NCBI GenBank assembly: GCA_041390145.1
Contig: JAWKQM010000006.1
Span: 103,585 to 167,584 of the forward strand
Direction: 5' to 3'
Length of the DNA: 64,000 bases
From: Gemmatimonadales bacterium
GTDB taxonomy: Bacteria; Gemmatimonadota; Gemmatimonadetes; Gemmatimonadales; GWC2-71-9
Position numbers and translations under genes: made by a program. The notes beneath the pieces are model-generated. The model was not told the origin of the DNA. It made no database searches and saw nothing but the letters and a program-made list of their open reading frames with translations. Shown here one piece after another: positions 50,494-59,947 of the stretch. Each line of letters starts with the position of its first letter. Positions within the stretch are counted from its first letter, which is position 1.

Positions 50494-52535
50494 AGGCGGC
50501 GATCGTCGCGCTGGCGTTCGCGATGTCCGTCCCTGTGCTCCTCCCGGCCCAGGCGCCGGGGATCGTCGAGGGACAGGTGCTGGATGCGGCCACTGGCGCG
50601 CCGGTCACCTCGGCCAAGGTGGAGATCGCATCGGTGTCTGGCGCCGTCGGCGCGGACGGGCGGTTTCGCCTCGGTGGACTGCCACTCGGCCCCGCGGTCC
50701 TCGTCGTGACGGCGGTTGGCTATCGCCCGAACCGCACTGAGTTCGAACTGCTCCCTGGACTGACCATCGAGCGAACGGTACGCCTCGACGCGATGCCACC
50801 GGTGCTTCCGGAGATCAGCGTGCAGGCCGCACGCGGGCAGGGAGGAATGCTGGGTCACGAGGCGCTGGTGCAGCGCGGGAGCGACCTCGCTTCAGCGCTC
50901 GACGGATGGGAGGGCGTGGTGGTGCGGAGGAGTGGGGGGAACGGTCCGGCTTCGCCGCAGGTGCGGGGAAGCGCCCCGGAGGAGGTCATCGTGCTGGTCG
51001 ACGGGTTTGCGATCAACGATCCTCTGACCGGTCGCGCCGATCTGAGTCGGCTCGCTACCCGTGATGTGGCCTCGGTCCACATCCGGCCGGGAGCGCAGTC
51101 CGCGGGTGGCGCCGGAACCGCCGTTGGCGGTGTCATCGACATCAGGAGCCAGGCGCGGGGCGACGCCGATATCTCCGGCTGGATGGGCAGCCATGGCTCC
51201 GGCGGGGGTACGCTCGCGAGTTCGATTGCCGGCGTGCGCCTGTTCGTCCGGGGGGAACGGCTGGCGGACGACTTCCCCTATCTCGTCCCCGCGAACAGGG
51301 GAGGGGGCGAGGCGATCCGGGGAAACGCGGGGGGCACGATCGGATCGCTGTCGTTTCGGAGATCGGGTGCCGTGGCCGTTCAGGGGCGCGCGAGTGCGTC
51401 CAGTCGCGGACTTCCGGGGTCAGTCGGGAACGAGACGCCAAACGCCACCGCCGAAGATCGGGCCGCCTTCCTGGGTGTGACCATCACCGGAGGCTCGACC
51501 CTGAGCGGGTCGGTGCAGTACCTCCGGACGCGGGCAGCGGATCCAGCCCCGCCGACCGGTGCCGCCTACGACGTGCAATCGACCGGCTGGAGCGGAACGG
51601 CGGACTGGTCCATTGGACTGCCGCTCGTCGTCGGCGGATGGCAGGGAGACATCGAGCTCGGCGCCGCGGCGCGTCACGACACCTATCAGGGAGCTGTGGT
51701 CCGAGACGGCACCCAATTTTCTCGCGGTGGGGTGCGTGCCATCGGTACCTTTCGCCCAGCGGCGGCTGCTCCCTGGTCTCTGACTCCGTCACTGCGGCTC
51801 GACTGGTGGACCGGAGAGACCGCCCCGCTGGGGAGTGCGCGTCTCGACGCGGGATGGCGGAAGAACGGGACGGCCTTGCAGGCGTCCGTCGGCTCCGCCG
51901 TGTCGGCCCCGCCGCTGGCGGATCTCTTCTTTCGTGAGGGAGTGGGGGTGGCGCTCAACCCCACGCTTCGACCCGAGCGCGTCGCCTGGGAAGTGGAGCT
52001 TGGTGTGACGCAGGACTGGTCGGTGCTGGGGTCTCCCGCCACTGCCTCCGTCAGGGGATACTACGGACGGGTGGACGACATGATTCTGTGGGCTCCCGGC
52101 GCCGGGTTCATCTGGAGCCCGCGCAACTTTGACGTGATACGGCGGGGAGTCGATGGTTCGTTGAGCGTCCGATTCCTCCGCTCCGTGACCGTGGCGGTGC
52201 AGGGCGCCTGGACCCCCGTCACCTATGACGTCCCTGGTGGCGCACAGGTGCAGTACCGGCCGGTGGGGACGTGGGGAGCGTCCGCGGGGTGGGTGTCCGC
52301 AGGTTGGGGGGCTGACGCGCGGTGGCGCTGGGTGGGCGAGCGATACCCGAATCCGGGCGGCGTCAACCCGCGTCCGGCCTACGGTGTGATGGACATCGGG
52401 GCTGAACGCGCCATCGGGACGGCGATCGTGCGGGCCGACCTGCGCGACCTCTTCGATACGCGCGCCGAATTTCTCGCCGGCTATCCCAGTCCCGGGCGCA
52501 CGGCGGTCGTCTCTATTTCTCTGGAGTGGCAATGA
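50490..52535 (+). CDS. TonB-dependent outer-membrane receptor with N-terminal carboxypeptidase-regulatory-like domain
   Basis: ATG at 50490 (ATGA overlap). Signal peptide ends in LLPAQA. CarboxypepD_reg-like GIVEGQVLDAATGAPV. Plug motif VLVDGFAINDPLTGRADLSRL. Long beta-barrel region. Confidence 0.85.
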   Translation: MKAAIVALAFAMSVPVLLPAQAPGIVEGQVLDAATGAPVTSAKVEIASVSGAVGADGRFRLGGLPLGPAVLVVTAVGYRPNRTEFELLPGLTIERTVRLDAMPPVLPEISVQAARGQGGMLGHEALVQRGSDLASALDGWEGVVVRRSGGNGPASPQVRGSAPEEVIVLVDGFAINDPLTGRADLSRLATRDVASVHIRPGAQSAGGAGTAVGGVIDIRSQARGDADISGWMGSHGSGGGTLASSIAGVRLFVRGERLADDFPYLVPANRGGGEAIRGNAGGTIGSLSFRRSGAVAVQGRASASSRGLPGSVGNETPNATAEDRAAFLGVTITGGSTLSGSVQYLRTRAADPAPPTGAAYDVQSTGWSGTADWSIGLPLVVGGWQGDIELGAAARHDTYQGAVVRDGTQFSRGGVRAIGTFRPAAAAPWSLTPSLRLDWWTGETAPLGSARLDAGWRKNGTALQASVGSAVSAPPLADLFFREGVGVALNPTLRPERVAWEVELGVTQDWSVLGSPATASVRGYYGRVDDMILWAPGAGFIWSPRNFDVIRRGVDGSLSVRFLRSVTVAVQGAWTPVTYDVPGGAQVQYRPVGTWGASAGWVSAGWGADARWRWVGERYPNPGGVNPRPAYGVMDIGAERAIGTAIVRADLRDLFDTRAEFLAGYPSPGRTAVVSISLEWQ

Positions 52536-53581
52536 TGGGTCAACATCCGCTGCGCAGCGTGTTCTTTGCCTGCCTCTCGGCGTCTGTCGTGGGGTGTGCC
52601 GATCCGGAAGCGCCGCTGCCCGCGCCCTCCGAAGTGGTGCTGGTCGTGAACTCGATCGAATCCTCGCTCAGCGTCATCCCGATTCATTCGACGAGTGCGA
52701 CCTACAAGATTCCGCTGGGCGGGACGACTCCCACGCCCGTCGGTGTGTCGGCGCTCGGCGCGTATGCGGTCGTCCCGATGGGGGTCGATCATGCCGCCAC
52801 CATCGTCGACCTGGCGACCGGCACCGTGTCCCGCGTCGTCCCGCTGGCTGACGGCTCCGACGCGACCGGGTCGGCCATCGTGGACGATTCCATCGCCTAT
52901 GTCGCGAATCCCGGCCTGAACACCGTCACACGCATCAACTACCTGACGGGGGACACGGCGAGCGTGGACGTCGGGGTCTACCCGCAAGGCGTCGTCGCCA
53001 CGCGGGGCAAAGTCTTCGTCCTCAACGGCAACCTGGTCAACTTTGCCGTGGCCGGTCCTGGGTGGATCACGGTCATCGATCCCATCACCAATGCCAAGGC
53101 GGTCGGCATCGACTCGATCCCCCTGCCGGCGCCGGGCAACCCGCAGTTCGCCGTGGTCGGCGGCGACGGCCGCATCTATGTGATGAACGTGGGCAACTAT
53201 GTCGACGACGGCCGCCTGTCGGTTGTCGATCCGGTGGCCCGCGTCGAGCTGGCCAACTTTGGCGGCTTCGGCCCCGGACCGGGTGACGTGGCCACCGATG
53301 GCGGCGACCGTCTCTTCGTCAGTTCGTTCACCGAGGGGCTGATGGAGTTCAATATCGCCACGCGCACACTGGTGCTCGGGGCGGGTGACGGCATTCCGAT
53401 TCCCGACAACTCCGGCGTCGCCGTGGACAGCGACGGCCAGGTGTACGCGATTTCAGGGGGATGCGCCGGCGGCGGTGGCGGGGAGGCCCATATCCTGCGG
53501 GCCGATCTCACCGAGAAGAAGACCGTTGCCCTGGGGGTCTGCGCCATCGGGTCGGCCGTCACGCGCATCCCCGCGGAGTAG
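52526..53581 (+). CDS. beta-propeller repeat (YncE/YVTN-like) lipoprotein
   Basis: Lipobox VVGC. Repeated segments of about 40 residues have propeller-blade character (LVVNSIESSLSVI, AYVANPGLNTVTRI, VFVLNGN, IYVMNVGN, LFVSSFTEG, VYAISGG). Start ambiguous (GTG 52526, ATG 52532/52535). Overlaps the receptor stop. Confidence 0.65.
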   Translation: MAMMGQHPLRSVFFACLSASVVGCADPEAPLPAPSEVVLVVNSIESSLSVIPIHSTSATYKIPLGGTTPTPVGVSALGAYAVVPMGVDHAATIVDLATGTVSRVVPLADGSDATGSAIVDDSIAYVANPGLNTVTRINYLTGDTASVDVGVYPQGVVATRGKVFVLNGNLVNFAVAGPGWITVIDPITNAKAVGIDSIPLPAPGNPQFAVVGGDGRIYVMNVGNYVDDGRLSVVDPVARVELANFGGFGPGPGDVATDGGDRLFVSSFTEGLMEFNIATRTLVLGAGDGIPIPDNSGVAVDSDGQVYAISGGCAGGGGGEAHILRADLTEKKTVALGVCAIGSAVTRIPAE

Positions 53582-53589
53582 ATTGGGGG

Positions 53590-54351
53590 ATGCCCCCCGT
53601 GACCACGCCAGCGATCATCCTGGGCGCCCTACGCTACGGCGACACCTCGAAGATCGTGCGCCTCGCCACCCGAGATCTTGGCATTCGGAGTGCCTTGGCC
53701 AAGGGCGCGCTCCGGCCCCGGAGTCGTTTCGGCGCGTCGCTCCAGCTCCTGAGCGAGGGCGTCGCGCATCTCTATCTCAAGGACACCCGCGATCTCCAGA
53801 CACTGGCCGCCTTCGACCTGACCAGCCTCCGGTCCGGGCTGGCCGCGGACCTCCCACGCTTCGCCGCGGCCGCAGCGATCGGGGAGGTCGCCTGGCGCTT
53901 CTCTCCCGCCGAGGCCCATCCCGACAGCTTTGATCTCCTCAGCGGGGCGCTGACCGTCCTCGAAACGGCGTCCGCGGAGGCCGTGGAGGTGCTGGGGCTG
54001 CGCATGCTCTGGCGCCTCGTGAGCGTGCTCGGGTTTGCCCCGGCGCTGAATCGATGTGCGCGTGACGGGACTCCGCTGGCCCTGGACGCGCCGCTCCGCT
54101 TCAGCGCGGCCGAAGGGGGAGCGCTCTGCCCGCGGTGTGCCGAGGGGCATGGGGTGACCACCCTCTCGCCGACCGATCGCAGCGACCTCGAGGCGCTGGT
54201 CAGTTCGACGGCCGAGCTGCCGGTCCTCGATGACCGACATGCCGCCTCGCACCGGAGGCTCTTTGCCCGCTTCCTTCGCCACCACCTGGCCGAGGGCGGG
54301 GAAATGCCGGCGATCACCTTCTGGGAAGACCGTCCCTGGGTGTCGGCATGA
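53590..54351 (+). CDS. recO: DNA repair protein RecO
   Basis: ORF 53461..54351 is trimmed to the ATG at 53590. OB-fold N-terminus (AIILGALRYGDTSKIVRLATRDLG). C-terminal Cys cluster C..C...C..C (NRCARDG ... CPRCA). Confidence 0.85.
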   Translation: MPPVTTPAIILGALRYGDTSKIVRLATRDLGIRSALAKGALRPRSRFGASLQLLSEGVAHLYLKDTRDLQTLAAFDLTSLRSGLAADLPRFAAAAAIGEVAWRFSPAEAHPDSFDLLSGALTVLETASAEAVEVLGLRMLWRLVSVLGFAPALNRCARDGTPLALDAPLRFSAAEGGALCPRCAEGHGVTTLSPTDRSDLEALVSSTAELPVLDDRHAASHRRLFARFLRHHLAEGGEMPAITFWEDRPWVSA

Positions 54352-56183
54352 TCGTCGGGACGGCGGGGCACATCGACCATGGCAAGTCGGCGCTGGTCGA
54401 GGCGTTGACCGGCCAGCGGATGGACCGGCTGCGGGAGGAACGCGCCCGTGGCATCACGATCGACCTGAACTTTGCGCCGCTCCGGCTGGCCGATGGGGTG
54501 GTGGCCGGCGTGGTGGATGTGCCCGGTCACGAGGACTTTGTTCGAACCATGGTTGCGGGGGCGGCCGGGATGGACCTCGTGCTGCTGGTGATCGCAGCCG
54601 ACGAAGGGATCATGCCGCAGACGCGGGAACATCTCGCCATCGTCGAGGCACTGGGCGTGCCCCGTGGGATTCCGGTGCTGACCAAGAGCGACCTGGCCGA
54701 CCCGGAGTGGCTGTCGCTGGTGCGGGACGAGGTCAACGCCCTGCTGGCGGGCTCGACGGTGGCTTTCGGACCGGCGCTGGCGGTCTCCGCGCGTACGGGC
54801 GCGGGGCTCGAAGAGCTGCGCGCCGCAATCGTGGAGGCAGGAGCCCTGGCCCGACCCCGCGACGCGTCGGCCCCGTTCCGAATGCCCGTTGACCGGGCCT
54901 TTTCGGTCGCGGGAGCAGGAACGGTCGCCACCGGGAGCATCTGGTCGGGCTCGGTGGCCGTCGGCGACCACCTTCGTCTGCTGCCGTCCAACCTGCCGGC
55001 ACGCGTCCGGACCATCGAGAGCCATGGCGAGCGGAGCCCCCGAGCGATGCCGGGAAGCCGCGCGGCGCTGGGCCTCGCGCACCTGGATCGTGATGCGATT
55101 CGGCGCGGCAATGTCCTCGTCGACGACAGACTGCCATGGGAGCCGACGTGGGCGCTGGATGTGCGAATCCACCACCACGGTGACGCGGTGCGTCCGCTGA
55201 CCTCGCGCACCCGGGTGCACCTGCACCTCGGCACGAGCGAAGTCGTGGCCCGGGTGCTCCCCCGTGCACCGATATCACCAGGCGCCTCGGGGCTGGCCAG
55301 GCTTCGCTGCGAGGCGCCGCTCGTGGCACGGGGCGGCGATCGATTCGTGCTGCGCAGCTACAGCCCGGTGTCCACCATCGGTGGTGGCGTGGTGCTCGAT
55401 CCCCGGCCGCCACGCCGGCGAGCACTCTGGCCCGGGCAACTGGGCTCACTGGAGCCCAGGGAGCACCTCGTTGCGCTCCTCTTGCGGCATCCACCCGGGA
55501 TGACGACGGCGTCGCTGGCGCTCCGGGCAGGTCTTCCCATCGACACCATCGTCACTCTCCTGGAGCGGGATGCCCGGGTACGCGAACTCGACTTCGGCTG
55601 GGTGCTGACCGACCTGCTCACGGAAGCCAGGGAGCGGGCGCTGCAACTCCTGACCCGGTACCACGCCGATTACCCCTCGCTGCCTGGTATGCCGGTGGAA
55701 ACGTTACGGCGAACGGTCCATCGTGCCGCAGGGGTGGCCGAGGCCGCCGTGGGCGACCTGGCAGCGGCTGGATCGCTGCTGCTGGAGGGGGGAACGGCGC
55801 GGCTAGCGGGGTTCAAGCCCCGGATTGCCGGGGGGGCGGCGGCGGTTGACCGAGTCCTGACCGCGGTCCGGGCGGCCGGACTCGGGGCTCCGACGGTTGG
55901 GGACCTCCAGGCGCAGCTGGCGGGCGTGGATGTGGCCGGGGCGCTCCGTCTCGGGGCCGGTGAGGGCCGGGTCGAGGCCGTGACCCCCGACTGGTACGTT
56001 GCCAGCGAGGTGCTCGAGGATTTCAGGGACACCCTGACATCGGCGGCAGTGGCAGGGGACATCACCCTCTCGGCGGTGCGCGAGCGGACGGGGCTGTCGA
56101 GAAAGTACTTGATCCCCCTCCTCGAATGGGCGGACCGCCGGGGAATTACGCGACGGATCGGTGAGGCCAGGCGTCTCACTTGA
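54348..56183 (+). CDS. selB: selenocysteine-specific translation elongation factor SelB
   Basis: 611 aa. G-domain motifs GHIDHGKS, DVPGHEDF and TKSDL. Long C-terminal winged-helix extension ending in LSRKYLIPLLEWADRRGITRR, as in SelB mRNA-binding domains. Confidence 0.88.
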   Translation: MIVGTAGHIDHGKSALVEALTGQRMDRLREERARGITIDLNFAPLRLADGVVAGVVDVPGHEDFVRTMVAGAAGMDLVLLVIAADEGIMPQTREHLAIVEALGVPRGIPVLTKSDLADPEWLSLVRDEVNALLAGSTVAFGPALAVSARTGAGLEELRAAIVEAGALARPRDASAPFRMPVDRAFSVAGAGTVATGSIWSGSVAVGDHLRLLPSNLPARVRTIESHGERSPRAMPGSRAALGLAHLDRDAIRRGNVLVDDRLPWEPTWALDVRIHHHGDAVRPLTSRTRVHLHLGTSEVVARVLPRAPISPGASGLARLRCEAPLVARGGDRFVLRSYSPVSTIGGGVVLDPRPPRRRALWPGQLGSLEPREHLVALLLRHPPGMTTASLALRAGLPIDTIVTLLERDARVRELDFGWVLTDLLTEARERALQLLTRYHADYPSLPGMPVETLRRTVHRAAGVAEAAVGDLAAAGSLLLEGGTARLAGFKPRIAGGAAAVDRVLTAVRAAGLGAPTVGDLQAQLAGVDVAGALRLGAGEGRVEAVTPDWYVASEVLEDFRDTLTSAAVAGDITLSAVRERTGLSRKYLIPLLEWADRRGITRRIGEARRLT

Positions 56184-56288
56184 CACAGTGCTTGAAGGGG
56201 CCGCATACTTAGGGTGAAGTAGCGTAAGTGCGTCACTATCAATCGCTTCGACGGAGGTGCTTCCACCCGCTTCATAACCCTTGTTCGA

Positions 56289-56738
56289 GTGAGGTTCCGA
56301 ATGACAGGCCGTGCCTGGACGGGGCTGTTGCTCGGGCTCATGGTGGGGATGGCAGCACCGGCGACAGCTCAGGTCCCGTCCGCCCCGCCTGCGTTTGAGC
56401 TTGGAGACAACTTCCCCAACCCGTTCTTCCCGGCCACGTCCATTCCGTTCGTACTGACACCGGAGGCTTGCACCGACGGTCATGTCCCGTTGGTGACGCT
56501 GGAGATCTACAACGTGCTTGTGCAGGTCGTCGCCGTTCCCGAACTTCAAACCGGGGGGCGCGAGCGAGTGCGCGGTCTCCGGCTCCAGTGTGGGTCCTAT
56601 GTGGCCTATTGGAGCGGCCGCTATTTGGGCGACGAACGGGAGGTCACGCCCGGGGTCTACTACTACCGTTTGACCGTGGATGGTCGCAGTCAGGTGAAGA
56701 AAATGATCGTCCGCAAGGAGAATCAGCCAGCAATGTGA
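56289..56738 (+). CDS. small secreted protein made of a signal peptide plus a FlgD-Ig-like / T9SS C-terminal-sorting-like domain only
   Basis: 149 aa. Signal peptide ends in ATAQ. Motifs: LGDNFPNPFFPATSIPFVL ... LEIYNVLVQVV ... GVYYYRLTVDGRSQVKKMIV. SD-like GAGGT lies upstream. Confidence 0.6.
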   Translation: MRFRMTGRAWTGLLLGLMVGMAAPATAQVPSAPPAFELGDNFPNPFFPATSIPFVLTPEACTDGHVPLVTLEIYNVLVQVVAVPELQTGGRERVRGLRLQCGSYVAYWSGRYLGDEREVTPGVYYYRLTVDGRSQVKKMIVRKENQPAM

Positions 56739-56751
56739 ATCGATGGTCTCG

Positions 56752-56782
56752 GCGAGGGACATTCCATTCGGATGTCCCTCGC
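56752..56782 (+). terminator. perfect 11-bp stem / 9-nt loop hairpin (GCGAGGGACAT-N9-ATGTCCCTCGC): probable intrinsic terminator, alternatively an operator upstream of clpB
   Basis: Read directly from the sequence. It begins 14 nt after the stop at 56738 and is followed by TGCGTTTGT. It ends 78 nt before the clpB ATG. Confidence 0.5.
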
Positions 56783-56859
56783 TGCGTTTGTAAACCTGTC
56801 GGTGGACGCTGTCAGAACGGCAGTTCTGTCCGGTATACCCCTTGCCCTTGTGGGTCACC

Positions 56860-59487
56860 ATGCTAAGACCCGAACGCTTGACCTTAAAGGCCCAGGAGGC
56901 CTTCCGCGACGCCTCGGAAGATGCGCGGCGGCGCGGGAACCCTGTCCTCAACGATACCCACCTCTTCGCAGCCCTCCTCGCCCAGGATGAGGGGGTAGTG
57001 CAGCCCCTCCTCCAGAAGGCGGGCTTGAACATCGCGGCCCTCCGGGAGGAGGTCGAGCGGGAGCTCGCCCGGCTGCCTCGGCAGGAGGGCGCCACGGGGG
57101 AACCGACCTTCAGCAGGGAACTGCACAAGGTCTTCGACCGTGCCGAGGAGGAGGCGAAGGCACTGAAGGACGCCTATGTCTCGACCGAACACCTGATTCT
57201 GGGCCTCGCGGCCGAAAAGGGGACGACTGCCCGCAACCTGCTCAACGAGCAGGAGGTGACGGCGGACACCCTGCGGGAGGCGCTGGAGGGCGTTCGAGGC
57301 GGGCATCGCGTCGCGGATCAGTCGCCTGAAGACCAGTACCAGGCGCTGCAGCGTTTCACCCGCAACCTCACCGATCAGGCCCGCAAGGGGAAACTCGACC
57401 CGGTCATCGGTCGTGACGAGGAAGTCCGGCGGGTTATGCAGGTCCTTTCGCGCCGCACCAAGAACAATCCAGTGCTCATCGGCGAGCCGGGCGTCGGCAA
57501 GACCGCCATTGTCGAGGGGCTGGCGCAGCGCATCGTGCATGGCGACGTCCCGGAGTCGCTCAAGAACAAGGATATCGTGGCGCTCGACGTCGGCCTGTTG
57601 CTCGCGGGTGCGAAGTACCGGGGCGAGTTCGAGGAGCGCCTGAAGTCAGTCATCAAGGAACTGACCGAGGCCGAGGGACGGTACATCGTCTTCATCGACG
57701 AGATGCACACGCTCGTCGGGGCGGGGGCCGCGGAGGGGGCGGTGGATGCCAGCAACCTGCTCAAGCCCGCGCTGGCGCGCGGGGAGCTTCATGTGGTGGG
57801 CGCCACCACCCTCGACGAGTACCGGAAGCATGTGGAAAAGGACGCTGCGCTGGAGCGCCGGTTCCAGCCGGTCCTCGTGGGCGAACCCAATGTGACGGAC
57901 ACCGTCGCAATCCTTCGCGGGCTGAAGGAGCGCTACGAGGTGCATCACGGCGTGCGGATCACCGACAACGCCCTCGTTGCCGCGGCGACGCTCTCGGATC
58001 GCTACATCGGCGACCGGTTCCTGCCGGACAAGGCCATCGACCTGGTCGACGAGGCCGCCAGCCGGCTCCGGATCGAGATCGACAGCCTGCCGCAGGAAAT
58101 CGACGAGGTGGAACGGCGGCTGGTGCAGCTCGAGATCGAGCGGCAGGCGCTGCTCAAGGAAAAGGACAAGGCCGGCAAGGAGCGCCGCAAGTCGGTGGAG
58201 CAGGAAATGTCGGAGCTCAAGGAGAAGAGCGCCGGGATGAAGGCGCAGTGGCAGTCGGAAAAGGCGGCCATCGGCGAGCTGCAGGCCGCCCGGGCCGAGG
58301 TCGACGAGCTCCGTACCGAGGTGGACCTGGCCACGCGCCGGGGCGACCTCCAGAAAGCCGCGGAGCTCCGGTACGGCCGGATTCCCGAGCTGGAGGCGAC
58401 GCTGCAGACGCAGGAGGCCCGTCTGCAGGAGGTGCAGCGCAACGCCCGCTACCTGAAGGAGGAGGTGGACGCCGACGACATCGCCGAGATCGTCGCAAAG
58501 TGGACCGGCATTCCCGTCTCCCGGATGATGGAGTCGGAGCGCGAGCGGCTGACCCGCCTCGAGGAGGAACTCGCGGAGCGCGTCGTCGGACAGCCGCAGG
58601 CGGTGGCCGCGGTGTCGAACGCCGTCCGGCGGAGCAGGGCAGGGCTGCAGGACCCGAACCGGCCGACCGGCTCGTTCATCTTCCTCGGGCCCACCGGCGT
58701 CGGCAAGACGGAGACGGCGCGTGCGCTGGCCGATTTCCTCTTCGACGACGAGCGCGCCATCGTGCGGCTCGACATGTCGGAATACATGGAAAAGCACGCC
58801 GTCGCCCGGATGATCGGTGCGCCGCCGGGCTATGTCGGCTACGAGGAGGGTGGCCAACTGACCGAGGCGGTCCGCCGCCGGCCGTACAGCGTCGTCCTCT
58901 TCGACGAAATCGAGAAGGCGCATGCCGATGTGTTCAACGTGCTGCTGCAAATCCTCGACGACGGTCGGTTGACGGATAGCCAGGGCCGGGTGGTGGACTT
59001 CCGGAACACGGTCATCATCATGACCAGCAACATCGGCGGCGGCCATATCGTGGAGGCCGGCGCGACGGTGGACGAGGCGGCCTGGGCGGTCGTGGACCGG
59101 GCTGTCCGGAATGACCTGCGCCAGCATTTCCGGCCGGAATTCCTGAATCGCGTCGATGACATCATCGTCTTCCGTCCGCTGTCACGCGAGGACATTCGCC
59201 AGATTGTGGACCTCCAGCTGACGCGGCTGCACGCGCTGCTGGCCGACCGCAAGCTTGGGCTGGAGGTCACGCCGGAGGCGCGGCAACTGCTGTCGGAACT
59301 CGGGTACGACCCGGTCTACGGCGCACGTCCGCTCAAGCGGGTCATTCAGCAGCGGCTGCAGAACCCGATCGCGCTCGAGGTCCTGGAGGGCCATTTCCCC
59401 GAGGGCGCCACCATCAAGGTCGATCGCGACGGCGATGAGCTGGTGTTCACGAACGCCGTGCCGGCGCTGGAGCCCGCCGGTGCGTAG
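56860..59487 (+). CDS. clpB: ATP-dependent chaperone/disaggregase ClpB
   Basis: ORF 56842..59487 is trimmed to the ATG at 56860. Two AAA+ modules ([15 protein letters not shown]; [15 protein letters not shown]) separated by a long coiled-coil middle domain. Confidence 0.97.
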   Translation: MLRPERLTLKAQEAFRDASEDARRRGNPVLNDTHLFAALLAQDEGVVQPLLQKAGLNIAALREEVERELARLPRQEGATGEPTFSRELHKVFDRAEEEAKALKDAYVSTEHLILGLAAEKGTTARNLLNEQEVTADTLREALEGVRGGHRVADQSPEDQYQALQRFTRNLTDQARKGKLDPVIGRDEEVRRVMQVLSRRTKNNPVLIGEPGVGKTAIVEGLAQRIVHGDVPESLKNKDIVALDVGLLLAGAKYRGEFEERLKSVIKELTEAEGRYIVFIDEMHTLVGAGAAEGAVDASNLLKPALARGELHVVGATTLDEYRKHVEKDAALERRFQPVLVGEPNVTDTVAILRGLKERYEVHHGVRITDNALVAAATLSDRYIGDRFLPDKAIDLVDEAASRLRIEIDSLPQEIDEVERRLVQLEIERQALLKEKDKAGKERRKSVEQEMSELKEKSAGMKAQWQSEKAAIGELQAARAEVDELRTEVDLATRRGDLQKAAELRYGRIPELEATLQTQEARLQEVQRNARYLKEEVDADDIAEIVAKWTGIPVSRMMESERERLTRLEEELAERVVGQPQAVAAVSNAVRRSRAGLQDPNRPTGSFIFLGPTGVGKTETARALADFLFDDERAIVRLDMSEYMEKHAVARMIGAPPGYVGYEEGGQLTEAVRRRPYSVVLFDEIEKAHADVFNVLLQILDDGRLTDSQGRVVDFRNTVIIMTSNIGGGHIVEAGATVDEAAWAVVDRAVRNDLRQHFRPEFLNRVDDIIVFRPLSREDIRQIVDLQLTRLHALLADRKLGLEVTPEARQLLSELGYDPVYGARPLKRVIQQRLQNPIALEVLEGHFPEGATIKVDRDGDELVFTNAVPALEPAGA

Positions 59488-59947
59488 GGGTGGGGCCTCG
59501 CCGGCCGATGTCGCCTTCATGGAGGCGGCCCTGCGCCTTGCCCGGGCGGCTGCCGTCCGTGAGGAGGTGCCGGTCGGGGCGCTGGTGGTGCGGGAGGGGA
59601 AGGTCATCGGCCAGGCGCACAACGAGATGGTGCACCGGAAGGACCCCACCGCGCACGCGGAGCTCCTGGCCATCCAGGCTGCCATTGCCGCGGTGGGGGA
59701 GGATCGCTTGGTCGATGCGACGCTCTTCGTGACTCTGGAACCGTGCGCGCAATGCGCCGGCGCCATCGTCCTCGCGAAGGTCGGTACCGTCGTCTTCGGC
59801 GCCTGGGACAACCGTGCCGGGATGGCGGGCTCGGTGCATGACATCCTGCGGCACCCACGCCTGAACCATCGTCCCGAGGTTGTGGGAGGTGTGCTGGAGC
59901 AGGAATGTGGGGAGCTGCTGAAGGAGTTCTTCCGTGCCAAACGGTAG
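59480..59947 (+). CDS. tadA: tRNA adenosine(34) deaminase
   Basis: Motifs: [26 protein letters not shown]. Start uncertain: GTG at 59480 overlaps the clpB end; the alternative is ATG at 59519. Confidence 0.88.
   Translation: MRRGGASPADVAFMEAALRLARAAAVREEVPVGALVVREGKVIGQAHNEMVHRKDPTAHAELLAIQAAIAAVGEDRLVDATLFVTLEPCAQCAGAIVLAKVGTVVFGAWDNRAGMAGSVHDILRHPRLNHRPEVVGGVLEQECGELLKEFFRAKR

Noticed and set aside
56184-56288. The 105-nt lower-GC gap after selB as a possible tRNA-Sec, sRNA or promoter.
   Set aside because: No tRNA-like acceptor or T-arm (no GGTTCGA-type loop) and no stable structure found by eye. Promoter-like hexamers were only 3/6 matches, too weak to report.
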